Of a stretch of DNA of 64,000 bases, positions 1-9,090 are shown one piece after another. Every line of letters begins with the position of its first letter. The stretch's first letter is position 1. The DNA lies in assembly GCA_963845185.1 (NCBI GenBank), contig CAWJRG010000005.1:32001-96000 (forward strand), in the 5' to 3' direction. The stretch comes from an uncultured bacterium (lineage in GTDB: Bacteria > Oederibacteriota > PGYV01 > CAWJRG01). The notes beneath the pieces are model-generated. The model was not told the origin of the DNA and made no database searches. It saw only the letters and a program-made list of their open reading frames with translations. The translations under genes and the position numbers were made by a program.

Positions 1-805
1 CTGCAACATATACGTTCCCGCTGCTGTCTACTGCCACTCCCCATGGCCAATTAAACTGCCCATTACCGGTTCCTGCGCTGCCCCATTGTGTTATATATGT
101 GCCTGTACTGCTGAATTCTTGGACCCTGTTATTAATATAATCTGTAATATATACTCCATTACTGTTTACTGCTATTCCGGTAGGATAAATAAACTGACCG
201 TTGCCATTTCCGCTACTTCCCCATGCAGTTACAAACATTGCAGTCATGGTTGCTGTTTGTTGCGCAGCCTGGGCTGTCGCTGTTTGTTGAGCCTGTACAG
301 TTGCTGTCTGTTGCGTCTGCACCGTGGCTGTCATATTAGGCGTATTTGTGGATGTTGGCGTTGCTGTTATAGTAGTTGTAATTGTTGAAGTATGTTGCGC
401 TTGGGCAGTGGCTGTTTGCTGCGACTGAGAAGTTGCTGTTTGTTGTGCCTGCGCTGTTGCTGTTTGCTGCGCCTGGGCAGTTGATGTCTGTTGTGCTTGG
501 GCTGTTGCTGTCTGCTGCGCCTGCGCAGTGGCTGTTGCCTGCGCAGACGGCCCGGCTGTCTGCAGATACGCAGCTGTGGATGTCGCCACCGCTTGCTGCG
601 TAGCAGTAACCTGAGCCTGTGCGGTCGCCGTTGCCTGTGCGCTCGGTCCGGCTGTCTGCAAAGCTATGGCTGTCTGGGTTATTTGCGCGACTGCCGTTGC
701 AGTGGCGTTGCCTGACTGGTTTGGCATGGTCGGGTTTTTTAATTTCCTCGCGCATGCGTATAGGATAACTCCTAAAACTAGCGTCAATAATAAAATTTTT
801 TTCAT
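1..805 (-). CDS. NHL-repeat lipoprotein with QQTATAQA-repeat stalk (3' end runs off window)
   Basis: Read manually (not in ORF track). ATG at 805 with AAGGAG RBS. MKKILLLTLVLGVILYAC lipobox, repeated QQTATAQA, then NHL repeats (WGSSGNGNGQFIYPTGIAV; WGSAGTGNGQFNWPWGVAVDSSGNVYVA). Open to base 1. Confidence 0.85.
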   Translation of the reverse strand, partial: MKKILLLTLVLGVILYACARKLKNPTMPNQSGNATATAVAQITQTAIALQTAGPSAQATATAQAQVTATQQAVATSTAAYLQTAGPSAQATATAQAQQTATAQAQQTSTAQAQQTATAQAQQTATSQSQQTATAQAQHTSTITTTITATPTSTNTPNMTATVQTQQTATVQAQQTATAQAAQQTATMTAMFVTAWGSSGNGNGQFIYPTGIAVNSNGVYITDYINNRVQEFSSTGTYITQWGSAGTGNGQFNWPWGVAVDSSGNVYVA

Positions 806-830
806 ATTTATACTCCTTTTTAATAATTTT

Positions 831-925
831 CAATACCTCTTGTCTTTAGCAAGCTAAAGACTTGAACGGGTACTTGATAGCGTAATATTTTGTTATCGCC
901 TTCGGCTCAACAAAATAAACGCTAT
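831..925 (-). repeat. Two-hairpin dispersed element, copy A (inverted relative to other copies)
   Basis: Reverse complement reads ATAGCGTTTATTTTGTTGAGCCGAAGGCGATAACAAAATATTACGCTATCAAGTACCCGTTCAAGTCTTTAGCTTGCTAAAGACAAGAGGTATTG, matching copies at 2828, 3397 and 26870. Confidence 0.9.
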
Positions 926-962
926 AAGTTTTCAGTTTTCAATTATCAATGAAAAACCAACC

Positions 963-1685
963 TTAATTAATAATTATTTTATAAGTTACCACGACCTGAC
1001 GATTTTGCGGGTCAATTCCGGCCGTCACAGGAAATGCGGCGTGGATGAAAAGCATGTCCGCCAGGGTATATACCACCGCAACGCCTGTAATAGCGCCGAA
1101 TATTTCATAAGTAGTAAACTTATTTTCGGTTGAAGTTTTTATGCTCATAAGCGAATTATAATTATCCATCGTGGTATTATCAATCTGCGCATAGGTGTTG
1201 TTATAACTATTCACCGCGTTATTATAATTCATGTAATTGGATATTGAAAAGCCGGCCAATACGACATCTGCTCCCAGCACTACCCATTTAAAAGGCGAAT
1301 CGTTTGGCTTGCCCGCAGCCGTGGACATTGCCGCAGGCGGCATTGTAATTTCCTGTGTTTCAGCCTGCGCGCCGCTTGTTGCCTTAATGTTGTCAATCTG
1401 CGACTTTAGACTATCGTCACCCGTAAGCTTATATGCTTTATTAAGATATTGAAGGGCTTTGGCAGGGTTATTTAAAGACATATACGTATAGCCGCCGTAA
1501 GTAAGCGCGTCTGTGTTCTTGGGGTTGATTTTTAACACGGTATCATAGGCAGACGCAGCTTTGCTGTAATTCTGATTTTGATAGCATTTATTGGCGTAAT
1601 CCAACCATTGCTGTTCGAGGGATTTTGATGATATTAAGAATGGGACAAATATAAGCGGGATTAACATCAGCGCGGTTTTTTTCAT
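963..1685 (-). CDS. TPR-containing exported/membrane protein
   Basis: Signal peptide, TPR-like helices (AASAYDTVLKINPKNTDALTYGGYTY...ALQYLNKA), C-terminal hydrophobic segments, GGAGG RBS. Confidence 0.8.
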   Translation of the reverse strand: MKKTALMLIPLIFVPFLISSKSLEQQWLDYANKCYQNQNYSKAASAYDTVLKINPKNTDALTYGGYTYMSLNNPAKALQYLNKAYKLTGDDSLKSQIDNIKATSGAQAETQEITMPPAAMSTAAGKPNDSPFKWVVLGADVVLAGFSISNYMNYNNAVNSYNNTYAQIDNTTMDNYNSLMSIKTSTENKFTTYEIFGAITGVAVVYTLADMLFIHAAFPVTAGIDPQNRQVVVTYKIIIN

Positions 1686-1734
1686 CCCTTTTGTCCTCCT
1701 TGCTTTGTTGTTGTTTGCTTAACTCTTAAACACA

Positions 1735-1763
1735 ATTATACAGCATTAAAGCTGCTTTTACAA
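1735..1763 (-). promoter_or_regulatory. Putative sigma70 promoter of the TPR gene
   Basis: TTGTAA-17 nt-TATAAT on minus strand. Confidence 0.5.
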
Positions 1764-1803
1764 GGTTATTTCGGGAATTGTGTTGTTGGATATGCGCTTT
1801 ATC

Positions 1804-1832
1804 GTACAGACGGCCCTGCGGGTCGTCTGTAC
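1804..1832. repeat. REP-like palindrome (GTAC variant of the GTAG family)
   Basis: GTACAGACGGCCC-TGC-GGGTCGTCTGTAC hairpin. Confidence 0.65.
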
Positions 1833-1867
1833 ATTAACCGCCCTAAATCCCCTTGTTTTCTCCATTC

Positions 1868-1919
1868 GTAGAGAGGCGGCTTGCCATGAACCGAAATGAT
1901 ACATGGCTTGCGGCCTCTC
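1868..1919. repeat. GTAG REP-like palindrome with a 23-bp internal insert
   Basis: GTAGAGAGGCGGCTTG is identical to the left flank of IS copy 1; CTTG is repeated around CCATG...CATGG. Confidence 0.55.
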
Positions 1920-1971
1920 GTTTTTACTGTTAATGGGATTTCTGTAATTCCGTTTGTTTTGCCGGCTAATA

Positions 1972-2229
1972 TTACCTTTTATTGATAATACGCGCTATAA
2001 TAACCGTATTGTTTTTTTCACGCTCAAAATATATAGCCGTTGAATGAATTACACAACAAAAAAAATCAGCCTTTACTCTATAAGTATCTTCATATTCGTC
2101 CATTGGCCTGTTTCGCCTGCTTAATTCGTCATAAATAAACTCATGAACCTGCTTTTTTAACTGGTTATGCAGGGCCGCCAAATCCAGCCCTGCCTGGTCT
2201 GTTATCATTACAAGATTCATTGCAGACAT
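1972..2229 (-). CDS. Divergent RelE/ParE-like putative toxin
   Basis: 85 aa; N-terminal ITDQAGLDLAAL and C-terminal IYFERE...VIIARIINKR pattern typical of the RelE/ParE fold; TAATG overlap with the upstream small gene. Confidence 0.5.
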   Translation of the reverse strand: MSAMNLVMITDQAGLDLAALHNQLKKQVHEFIYDELSRRNRPMDEYEDTYRVKADFFCCVIHSTAIYFEREKNNTVIIARIINKR

Positions 2230-2468
2230 TAAACTTTTAGCCCTATCTTTTTCGCAAAATCGGAATAGCCGGTTGCGGTTTTTTTGCCGTGTTTGATATA
2301 TTCCTCATAAATCATCAGGTCTTCTTTCATGGTTTCACGCTCAATTTCATGGGTTATGGCGTTTCCTAAAAACGCGTATATCTTAATTCCGTGCTTTTCG
2401 CAGAAATCACGCATTAAATCCCTTTTGTCGTCCTCAATCTTCGCTGCAAATGGAACTACTTTAGGCAT
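2229..2468 (-). CDS. Putative RHH-type antitoxin
   Basis: 79 aa; beta-helix-helix-like N-terminus and C-terminal YSDFAKKIGL typical of RelB-like antitoxins; strong AGGAGGTG RBS; coupled to the RelE-like gene. Confidence 0.55.
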   Translation of the reverse strand: MPKVVPFAAKIEDDKRDLMRDFCEKHGIKIYAFLGNAITHEIERETMKEDLMIYEEYIKHGKKTATGYSDFAKKIGLKV

Positions 2469-2624
2469 TTTTAATCACCTCCTGGATTGTGGAGCCCCCC
2501 GCCTTTACAGGCGGAGCGCCTTTAAAAATTCTCACATGCTCCCTCCCCGGAGCGCTATCAATCCCGCCTCAACAACAGGCAGGGTTTTTCGCGGAGCGGG
2601 ATGAATTTCTTTCTTAATATAATA

Positions 2625-2673
2625 ATTGTATCATAAATAATTTTATTATCAAGAACTAAAGTAATACTTTAGT
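2625..2673 (-). promoter_or_regulatory. Promoter and palindromic operator of the putative TA pair
   Basis: TTGATA-16 nt-TACAAT with extended -10 TG; perfect palindrome ACTAAAGTA-A-TACTTTAGT (2655-2673) directly upstream of the -35. Confidence 0.5.
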
Positions 2674-2710
2674 ATCATTTTTACCCGGACAGCATTGGCC
2701 GCGGCGAAAC

Positions 2711-2833
2711 ATGGTCAAAACCTGCGAATGCGAATCCGGCTGCCCCTCCTGCGTCTACTCCCCCAAATGCGGCAACAATAACAACCCGATAGATAAACTT
2801 GGTGCGATTTTGATGCTGGAGGAACTAACATGA
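2711..2833 (+). pseudogene. C-terminal fragment of a DUF1998 (MrfA/SftH/Hrq1-type) helicase Zn-binding domain
   Basis: Manual translation MVKTCECESGCPSCVYSPKCGNNNNPIDKLGAILMLEELT*; matches the CxCxxGCPSC...PKCGN...DKxGA C-terminus of this family; rest of the gene absent. Confidence 0.75.
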
Positions 2834-2926
2834 TAGCGTTTATTTTGTTTAGTCGAAAACGACGACAAAATATTACGCTATCATGTACCCGCTCAAGTCC
2901 GGGCTTCACCCGGACAAGCGGTATTG
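2828..2926 (+). repeat. Two-hairpin dispersed element, copy B
   Basis: ACATGATAGCGT...ACGCTATCATGT stem followed by TACCCGCT-CAA-GTCCGGG-CTTCA-CCCGGAC-AAGCGGTA. Confidence 0.9.
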
Positions 2927-2948
2927 TTTAATTTATTATTTAAAGCCA

Positions 2949-3344
2949 TCATGGGTGGAATTTTTCAATTCTGGTATTACCATCATCCGAAACATATACG
3001 TTCCCGCTTCCATCCACTGCTATTCCATCAGGCCCATTAAACTGCCCGTTACCGCTTCCTGCACTTCCCCATTGTGTTATATATGTCCCACTGTCGCTGA
3101 ATTCCTGAATTCTGCTATTTAAAGTATCTGCAACATACACGTCTCCGCTGCTGTCCGCTGCTATACCCCAAAGATCATAAAACTGCCCGTTGCCAGTCCC
3201 CTGACTTCCCCATTGCGTTATATAACACGGCGGCGAATCAGCCATGGCATGGGAATTTATTATGAAGATAATAAGGATTATGAATATTGGGCTTAAAAAT
3301 TTTTTCAATTGCCGCCTCAGATTCAAATAATTTTTAATTTTCAA
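2949..3344 (-). CDS. Short secreted NHL-repeat protein (about two blades)
   Basis: Signal-like N-terminus; two WGSxGxGNGQF...GIAxD...VYVxD repeats; DNA very similar to 1-240; start codon uncertain. Confidence 0.7.
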   Translation of the reverse strand: MKIKNYLNLRRQLKKFLSPIFIILIIFIINSHAMADSPPCYITQWGSQGTGNGQFYDLWGIAADSSGDVYVADTLNSRIQEFSDSGTYITQWGSAGSGNGQFNGPDGIAVDGSGNVYVSDDGNTRIEKFHP

Positions 3345-3396
3345 TTCTCAATGTTGTCAATTAACTGCTTTTAATTGAAAATTGAAAACTTTTAAC

Positions 3397-3493
3397 TCAT
3401 AGCGTTTGTTTTGTCAAGCCGAAGGCGCTGGCAAAACATTACGCTATGAAGTACCCGTTCAAGTCTTGAGCTTGCTAAAGACAAGCGGTATTG
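3397..3493 (+). repeat. Two-hairpin dispersed element, copy C
   Basis: TCATAGCGT...GCC-GAA-GGC...ACGCTATGA then GTACCCGTTCAAGTC...GACAAGCGGTAT. Confidence 0.9.
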
Positions 3494-3498
3494 GTAAT

Positions 3499-6400
3499 TT
3501 ATTTCACTACCGCCATCTTTCCCCAAGCTTTTTTCTTGTCCTTGCCGTCCGCTGCCTCTATCCTGTAAATATATATTCCGTTTGCCACTGCCCTGCCAGA
3601 TTTATTATTTCTGTCCCAGTATATGCTGTTCATACCCGGCTCGCCCTGCTGCGTTATTTCCCTCACAACCTCGCCGCTTATTGTGTATATCTTTACATTT
3701 ATTTCTGCCGCGTCGCATAACTGATAAATTATATTTGTGCCGTTTGAAAATGGGTTCGGCGAATTTTTATATAAAGTCAGGCAAAGCGGTATTACCGGCG
3801 TAGGCGTTACTGTTATTGTGCATGTTATGCTTGGCGTGGGTGTTGGTGTTTTTGTATTTATATTTGGCGTAGGGCTTATGGTCAAAGTCCACGTCGGGCT
3901 GACTGTGGCTGTTGGAGTCGGCATAATACCCAGGCAATATGCAGGCGGCAAAGAGAACAGGCCAACCTGGTTGCCGCTGCAGGCATAAACGTGAAGGTTT
4001 GACGGGTCTATATTAATGGCAATGCCGCTGCCGCTGTTTAACGGATAGCACTTGTAAAGGAATGTCCATGGAGTTGTGGATTCGTCGAAAACATTCCATC
4101 CCCCGCTCTCGTCTGCCACGTGCACGCGCGTAGAGCCGGGTTCATAGAACATGTAGGTGGGCCTGAACCCGGGCGAAGAATAAACCGTGGCGTCATAGGA
4201 GTAATGCACGCCGTCCGTGGTCGTCCAGCGCACTATGCGGTTGTTCCAGTCATCCGCCACGTAAACTGTATTGCCCTGCGCCAACACGCCAAAAGGATTA
4301 TCAAACTGGTTGGTCCCTGACCCTGTAACCCCTGTTGTCCCGAAAGAGGCCACCTGGGTAAAAGTATTGACCGGATTCTCGTGGTACCGCCGCACCGTGG
4401 CCCGGTCAGTCACATAAACATCACCGCCATTGTCCACGCAAAGTGCCAGCCCGCCCCACAGGTCGCCGCCAAAGGAAGCCATTACAGCGCCTGTTGTGCT
4501 GTTCATTTTCAGTATGCTGCTCCCGTTTATGCAGGCCGCGTACAACGCGCTGTTATCCGGGCTTAATCCAAGCGCAAGCGGGTTAGGAAGGCCGTAAGGT
4601 GTTCCGGTAAATGCCGCGACCCATGCTCCGGTAGCGGCATTGAACTGGTTAATGCGGTTATTGCCAAAATCAGAAACGTAAAGATAGCCATTTCCTGCAG
4701 CAGGCCCGCTGGCGCCGTTGAACTGGCCGTTGCCCGTTCCTGCGCCGTTCCCGTAGGTTTGCACCGGGTTAAAGCAAGTGCAGGGTATGGGAACGGGCGT
4801 GGGCACTGTGCCGGGAAACGGGCTCCAGTAAATAAGTACACGCGACCTGTCAGGGTCGGTCATGAAAAGGTTGCCGTTGCTGTCAAAAACCTCGGAGTAA
4901 GCGCCCATGGACTGGAAATCATTCATGTAAGCCGAAGGCACGTCAAACTGGGTTAAAGGGTTATAAAAACCAACCGGCCAGCGCGAACCGACATAACCCA
5001 TGGTACCAACAGTCATCACCATGTCGTCGCTGCGGAAAGCAGGCTGCCATGGCCCGCACGGGCTCAGGCTCTGGAGGCTAAAGGGGTAACATCCCACAGG
5101 CCCAAAATTCCCGTTCTTTGCATAGACATGGGAAGCCGCTACATTAAAAATGCAGTTAGCCGTTGTGTTTTGCACCGAAGCCGCGCTGTACTCCAGGAGC
5201 CTGGCGTTCCCGTTTGACTCCAGGGAAAAATCCGAAACATATATATTCCCGTGGTGATCCATGGTTACGGCGCCCGGAAGATTCAGGGTATAGGCGCTCT
5301 CCACCCCTCCCTGATTTATGGCATTGGAAACAGCATCAGGTTGCCCCAGGATGATGTCCACCTGCGGGCTTGTAAGCGGGTTCCGGATACGGATAACACG
5401 GTTGTTCATGGTGTCGGCAAGCCAGAGATATTGCCCTGTTGGGTCCACCGCAATACCTTGCGCACTCCATGTTAAAGAGCCTCCCCCAAGCACTGGAACC
5501 GACGAGTTAATGACCGCCGACCCGGTTTGCCATGATACCAGCGGCAGGTTGTAAGTCTCCACCCAGACACCACCGCCGTTTGCATGTAATGTCCAGAGAT
5601 GCGGCTGGGGCGACGCAGAGTCCGTGCAAATACGGCCGAACCAGTCTCCGGCGAAATAAAGATACGTGGATGGAGTCGTGGCTGCAAAGCCGTCCGCGGC
5701 TTTACCGTTGGTCAATCCCAGAGAAGGTTGGTTCGTGTAGTCCAGGTTCCAGTACATCAGCCTGTGGCCGTCTGCGGCGATGAGCTGCGTAATTCCCGAA
5801 CCCGAGCCGATCGCCAGTCCCAGGGCGCCTACAGTATAGTTCGACACATGGTTGCTCATGCCTCCCGCACCCGGGTTTTGTTGCGGTTTGAATACATCCA
5901 CATCCGGCGCATGCGCCTCGCCCGCGTTTGGAAGATTGACAGTATAAATCCCGCCTGAATAATTCAGTCCCGGTATGGGAGCCGGATAGCGCAGTACGTC
6001 TATCATGGGGTCCATGAAGCTCACGAAAACATTTCCTGCCGAATCCACTCCTATACCGCCCCAGTTGTCATGAAAATATTCCGGGCACTGGGAGCAAAGC
6101 GTACTGCTGGGCGGAGATGTGTAATTGGTGAAATCCGGGCCGTCCGCGCTGGTTGGGTCAACTGCTGCTCCGCTGCCCGGATAAAGCTGGTAACGCAGCA
6201 AAAGTTTTAAAGGTGTGGCAGTTGGAGGCGTGGTTGAGAAATCTATATTGTATTCTATGACCTGGGTGTTCAACGAATCAGCCACCCATAAATTGCCTGA
6301 AGGGTCAAACTCAAGACCTGTCGGCCGGTTCAGGCCAAAGGTAATGACACCATCGGGAATTTGGCCGTTATTGTATTGAGGCACCCCATTAACTATAGAA

Positions 6401-7415
6401 ACCGGCTTAAAAATAAGTACCCGGCCGCCCTCAATCCTTGTCCCTGTCGGCGGCGGATCGTCTGACACAAAAACATTGCCGTTTGGGTCTACCCTTATTG
6501 AACCCGGGTAGTAAAAATGTGACAAGTCCTGGTCGTCCGTAGCCGGCACCCCGGTCTGGCCCAAAATCAGGTCTGCGGTCGTTGAGGGTAAGCCCGGGTT
6601 TGGAGCATTGGGGTTTGGGAACCTCAAAACCCGCAAATTTCCCGTATCAGTCACCCAAAGGTTCCCCACGCTGTCTATGGCCACGCCGGCATTCAAAATA
6701 CCGCGCTGGTTCATAAAAGATAATGTACTGTTTGCAGGCGCCCCTCCCTGGTTTGGCCTGTAACTTGTGAAGTCAGGCTGGCCCCAGACGTATGAGGCTG
6801 CTTCGTTGGTGTAGGTCGGTGCATTATATCGCAGGATACGGTTGTTATAATAATCAGGCACATAAAGGTTTCCCTGGTAATCCACTGCCAACGTGGCGTT
6901 CGAGCCTGATTCTCCCGGCGAGACCACTCGCGGGTCCAAAGGCACAGGCTTGAAGCCGTGGGATTCGGGAGCGGGTCTGTGCTGGAAAGATAAGCTCCAA
7001 ATGGGAAACCCGGGAAGTTCTGAAGCTGGCAGTCCCCGTTGGCGTAAGCGTGGTTGAAGTCTGCCTGTCCCAGGACAATGTCCGCGCCAAAACCCTGAGC
7101 CGCGTTCAGGTTGGGCGTGAAGTTATTGATGTTGCTGAAACATAAAATCCTGTTGTTGCCTGAATCGTACACGTATAACCTCTGCGGATTGGAGACACGG
7201 TCCACAAACACGCCGCCGGGCCTGTTCAGGCGCATGTTGTCCACGTAAAAGCTGTTCATGGCAGCAAAATCATACTGACCCAGCACTACATCTGCCCAGA
7301 GGTCGCCTGCCACGCCCCGTACAGGCGCAGGAAAAATATTGCCGCAGAAATAAAAAGGCAAAATTATTAAATACAGGAGGAATAAAAAAATTTTATAAGC
7401 TTCGCGTTTTCTCAG
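3499..7415 (-). CDS. Large secreted NHL/beta-propeller protein with Thr-Pro linker and C-terminal FlgD/CTD-like domain (one frameshift near 6940)
   Basis: ORFs 6711..7499 and 3499..6945 join at SLCL/LDPRVV by a 1-nt indel in a T run; ADxxLGQxDF and NHL motifs; C-terminal PNPF...IYTISGEVV...YWD...G.AVANGIY; probable CTG start at 7415 after a GGAGG RBS. Confidence 0.75.
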
Positions 7416-7533
7416 AATACGGCCTCCTTCTATATAATATATTAATTCCATGTTTGATAATATACTTGTTTTGACAACAAATATCGGAAAAAGTTCCATT
7501 AAAGCTCAGCCCTATCCCTCAATGGGATTTGAA

Positions 7534-8986
7534 TTATTTTATATGCTGGTGCCGGGCGTCATGCTTCCAGTCAGGCGGGTTGCCCCTGAGATAAGAAATA
7601 AATGCCCCCAAAACGCTTATCACAAATGATACTGTAAATAGTATTCTCAGCCCTGAAATAAATTCCTTCACGGCAATGCCTTTTGACCCGACTTGAGTTC
7701 CTGTAAATAAGTCCGGAAAATGCTTCGGGCGTAAGGCACGAGGTAATGACAGCCATGGAAAGCGCCATGCTGATTACCATGCCCACATTATTTATCATTG
7801 TCCTGACGCCGCCTGCGATCCCCCTTCTTTCCACAGGCACGGCTTCCATGATTGACTTGTTGTTGGGCGGAAAGAACATGCCCGAGCCTGTGCCTATAAC
7901 TATCATCGCATAACGTCAATTGCAAATAGGATGTTTCAGGCTTTATCCCGACAAGGCCTAAAAATCCCATGAGCGCATACAAGCAGGCCTATTGAGCTTA
8001 GCATCCTGGCGCCTATCCTGTCTGCCAGCCATCCGCTGACAGGGGCTATTATCACTTGCGGAAGGACAAAAGGTATCAGCATGACAGCTGCCTGGATAGG
8101 GTCAATCGCTTTTATTCCCTGAAAGTAAAATATCAGAAGAAATGTCACTGCGCCCGCGGGCAATGCCGTTCATGAGATTGGAGCCGTAAGCAAAGCCCAG
8201 CAGCCTCGACTCAAAAAGCCTCATGTCAAGCATGGGTTGGTCTGAATTAAATTCGATATAAATGAAAAGCGGCAGCAGCACAACAGCCGCGGCCAGCATG
8301 ATATACTGCCCCGGCTTGTTCCAGCCGTAAAGCCCGCCGAAAGTCAGATAAAGCAGCAGGCAAAGCATTCCCATGGTGAAAATAATGGTTCCCAGCCAGT
8401 CAAATGTTTGTTTTTCCGGCAGTATGTCGAGTTCCTTAAGCTGCATTAGCGCCCATATCGTGCCGAAAATACCAAAAGGCACGTTTATATAAAATATCGA
8501 CCGCCAGCCCATGCTTATCAGTAAACCGCCGAGAATCGGGCCGATAACTCCGCCCACGCTTATTATCATGCCGTTAATTCCCATTGCCATGCCGAGTTCT
8601 TTCCTGGGGAAAGCGTCTGTAACTATTGGCACGCTGTTCGCTGCCAGCAAAGCACCGCCAATTGCCTGGACCATCCTGTATAAAAGCAGGTCTATTCCCG
8701 ACCTCGAAAAAGCGCATAATAAGGACCCGATGGTAAATACAACGAAACCTCCGACAAAAAGTTTTTTCCTGCCTATCATGTCCGCTACCCTTCCTATTGC
8801 AGGCACCAGTATGCTTATAATGAACATATAGCCCATCATTGTCCATACAATTTCCTGGAAAGTCGCGTGTAAATCCTTCATTATAATAGGCAAAGCTACA
8901 ATAAGGGTGTTCCCGCTCATGACGGAAAAAAATGCGCCCAGCGAAGTGCATGAAAGCGCTATCCATTTGTATTCAATCTTCTTCAT
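7534..8986 (-). pseudogene. DHA2/EmrB-like MFS transporter, split by about 4 frameshifts
   Basis: GRVADMIGRKK motif A and GPILGG motif C; ORF pieces 8102..8986, 7936..8163, 7788..7982, 7571..7906 and a final frame ending at TAA 7534 join into one 14-TM-type protein; may be sequencing error. Confidence 0.75.
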
Positions 8987-9090
8987 GTATTCTCCTTGTT
9001 ATGGAAAAAAATTATAAAATATATGCGCAGGGTTGTTAATTGGAAATCGGCTTCTTCAAAGAATATATGCAGTTGTAGAGAGGCGGCTTG

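Noticed and set aside
336..833. ORF-track 165-aa minus-strand ORF and the overlapping plus-strand ORFs
   Set aside because: Off-frame shadows of the repeat-rich NHL lipoprotein that starts at 805
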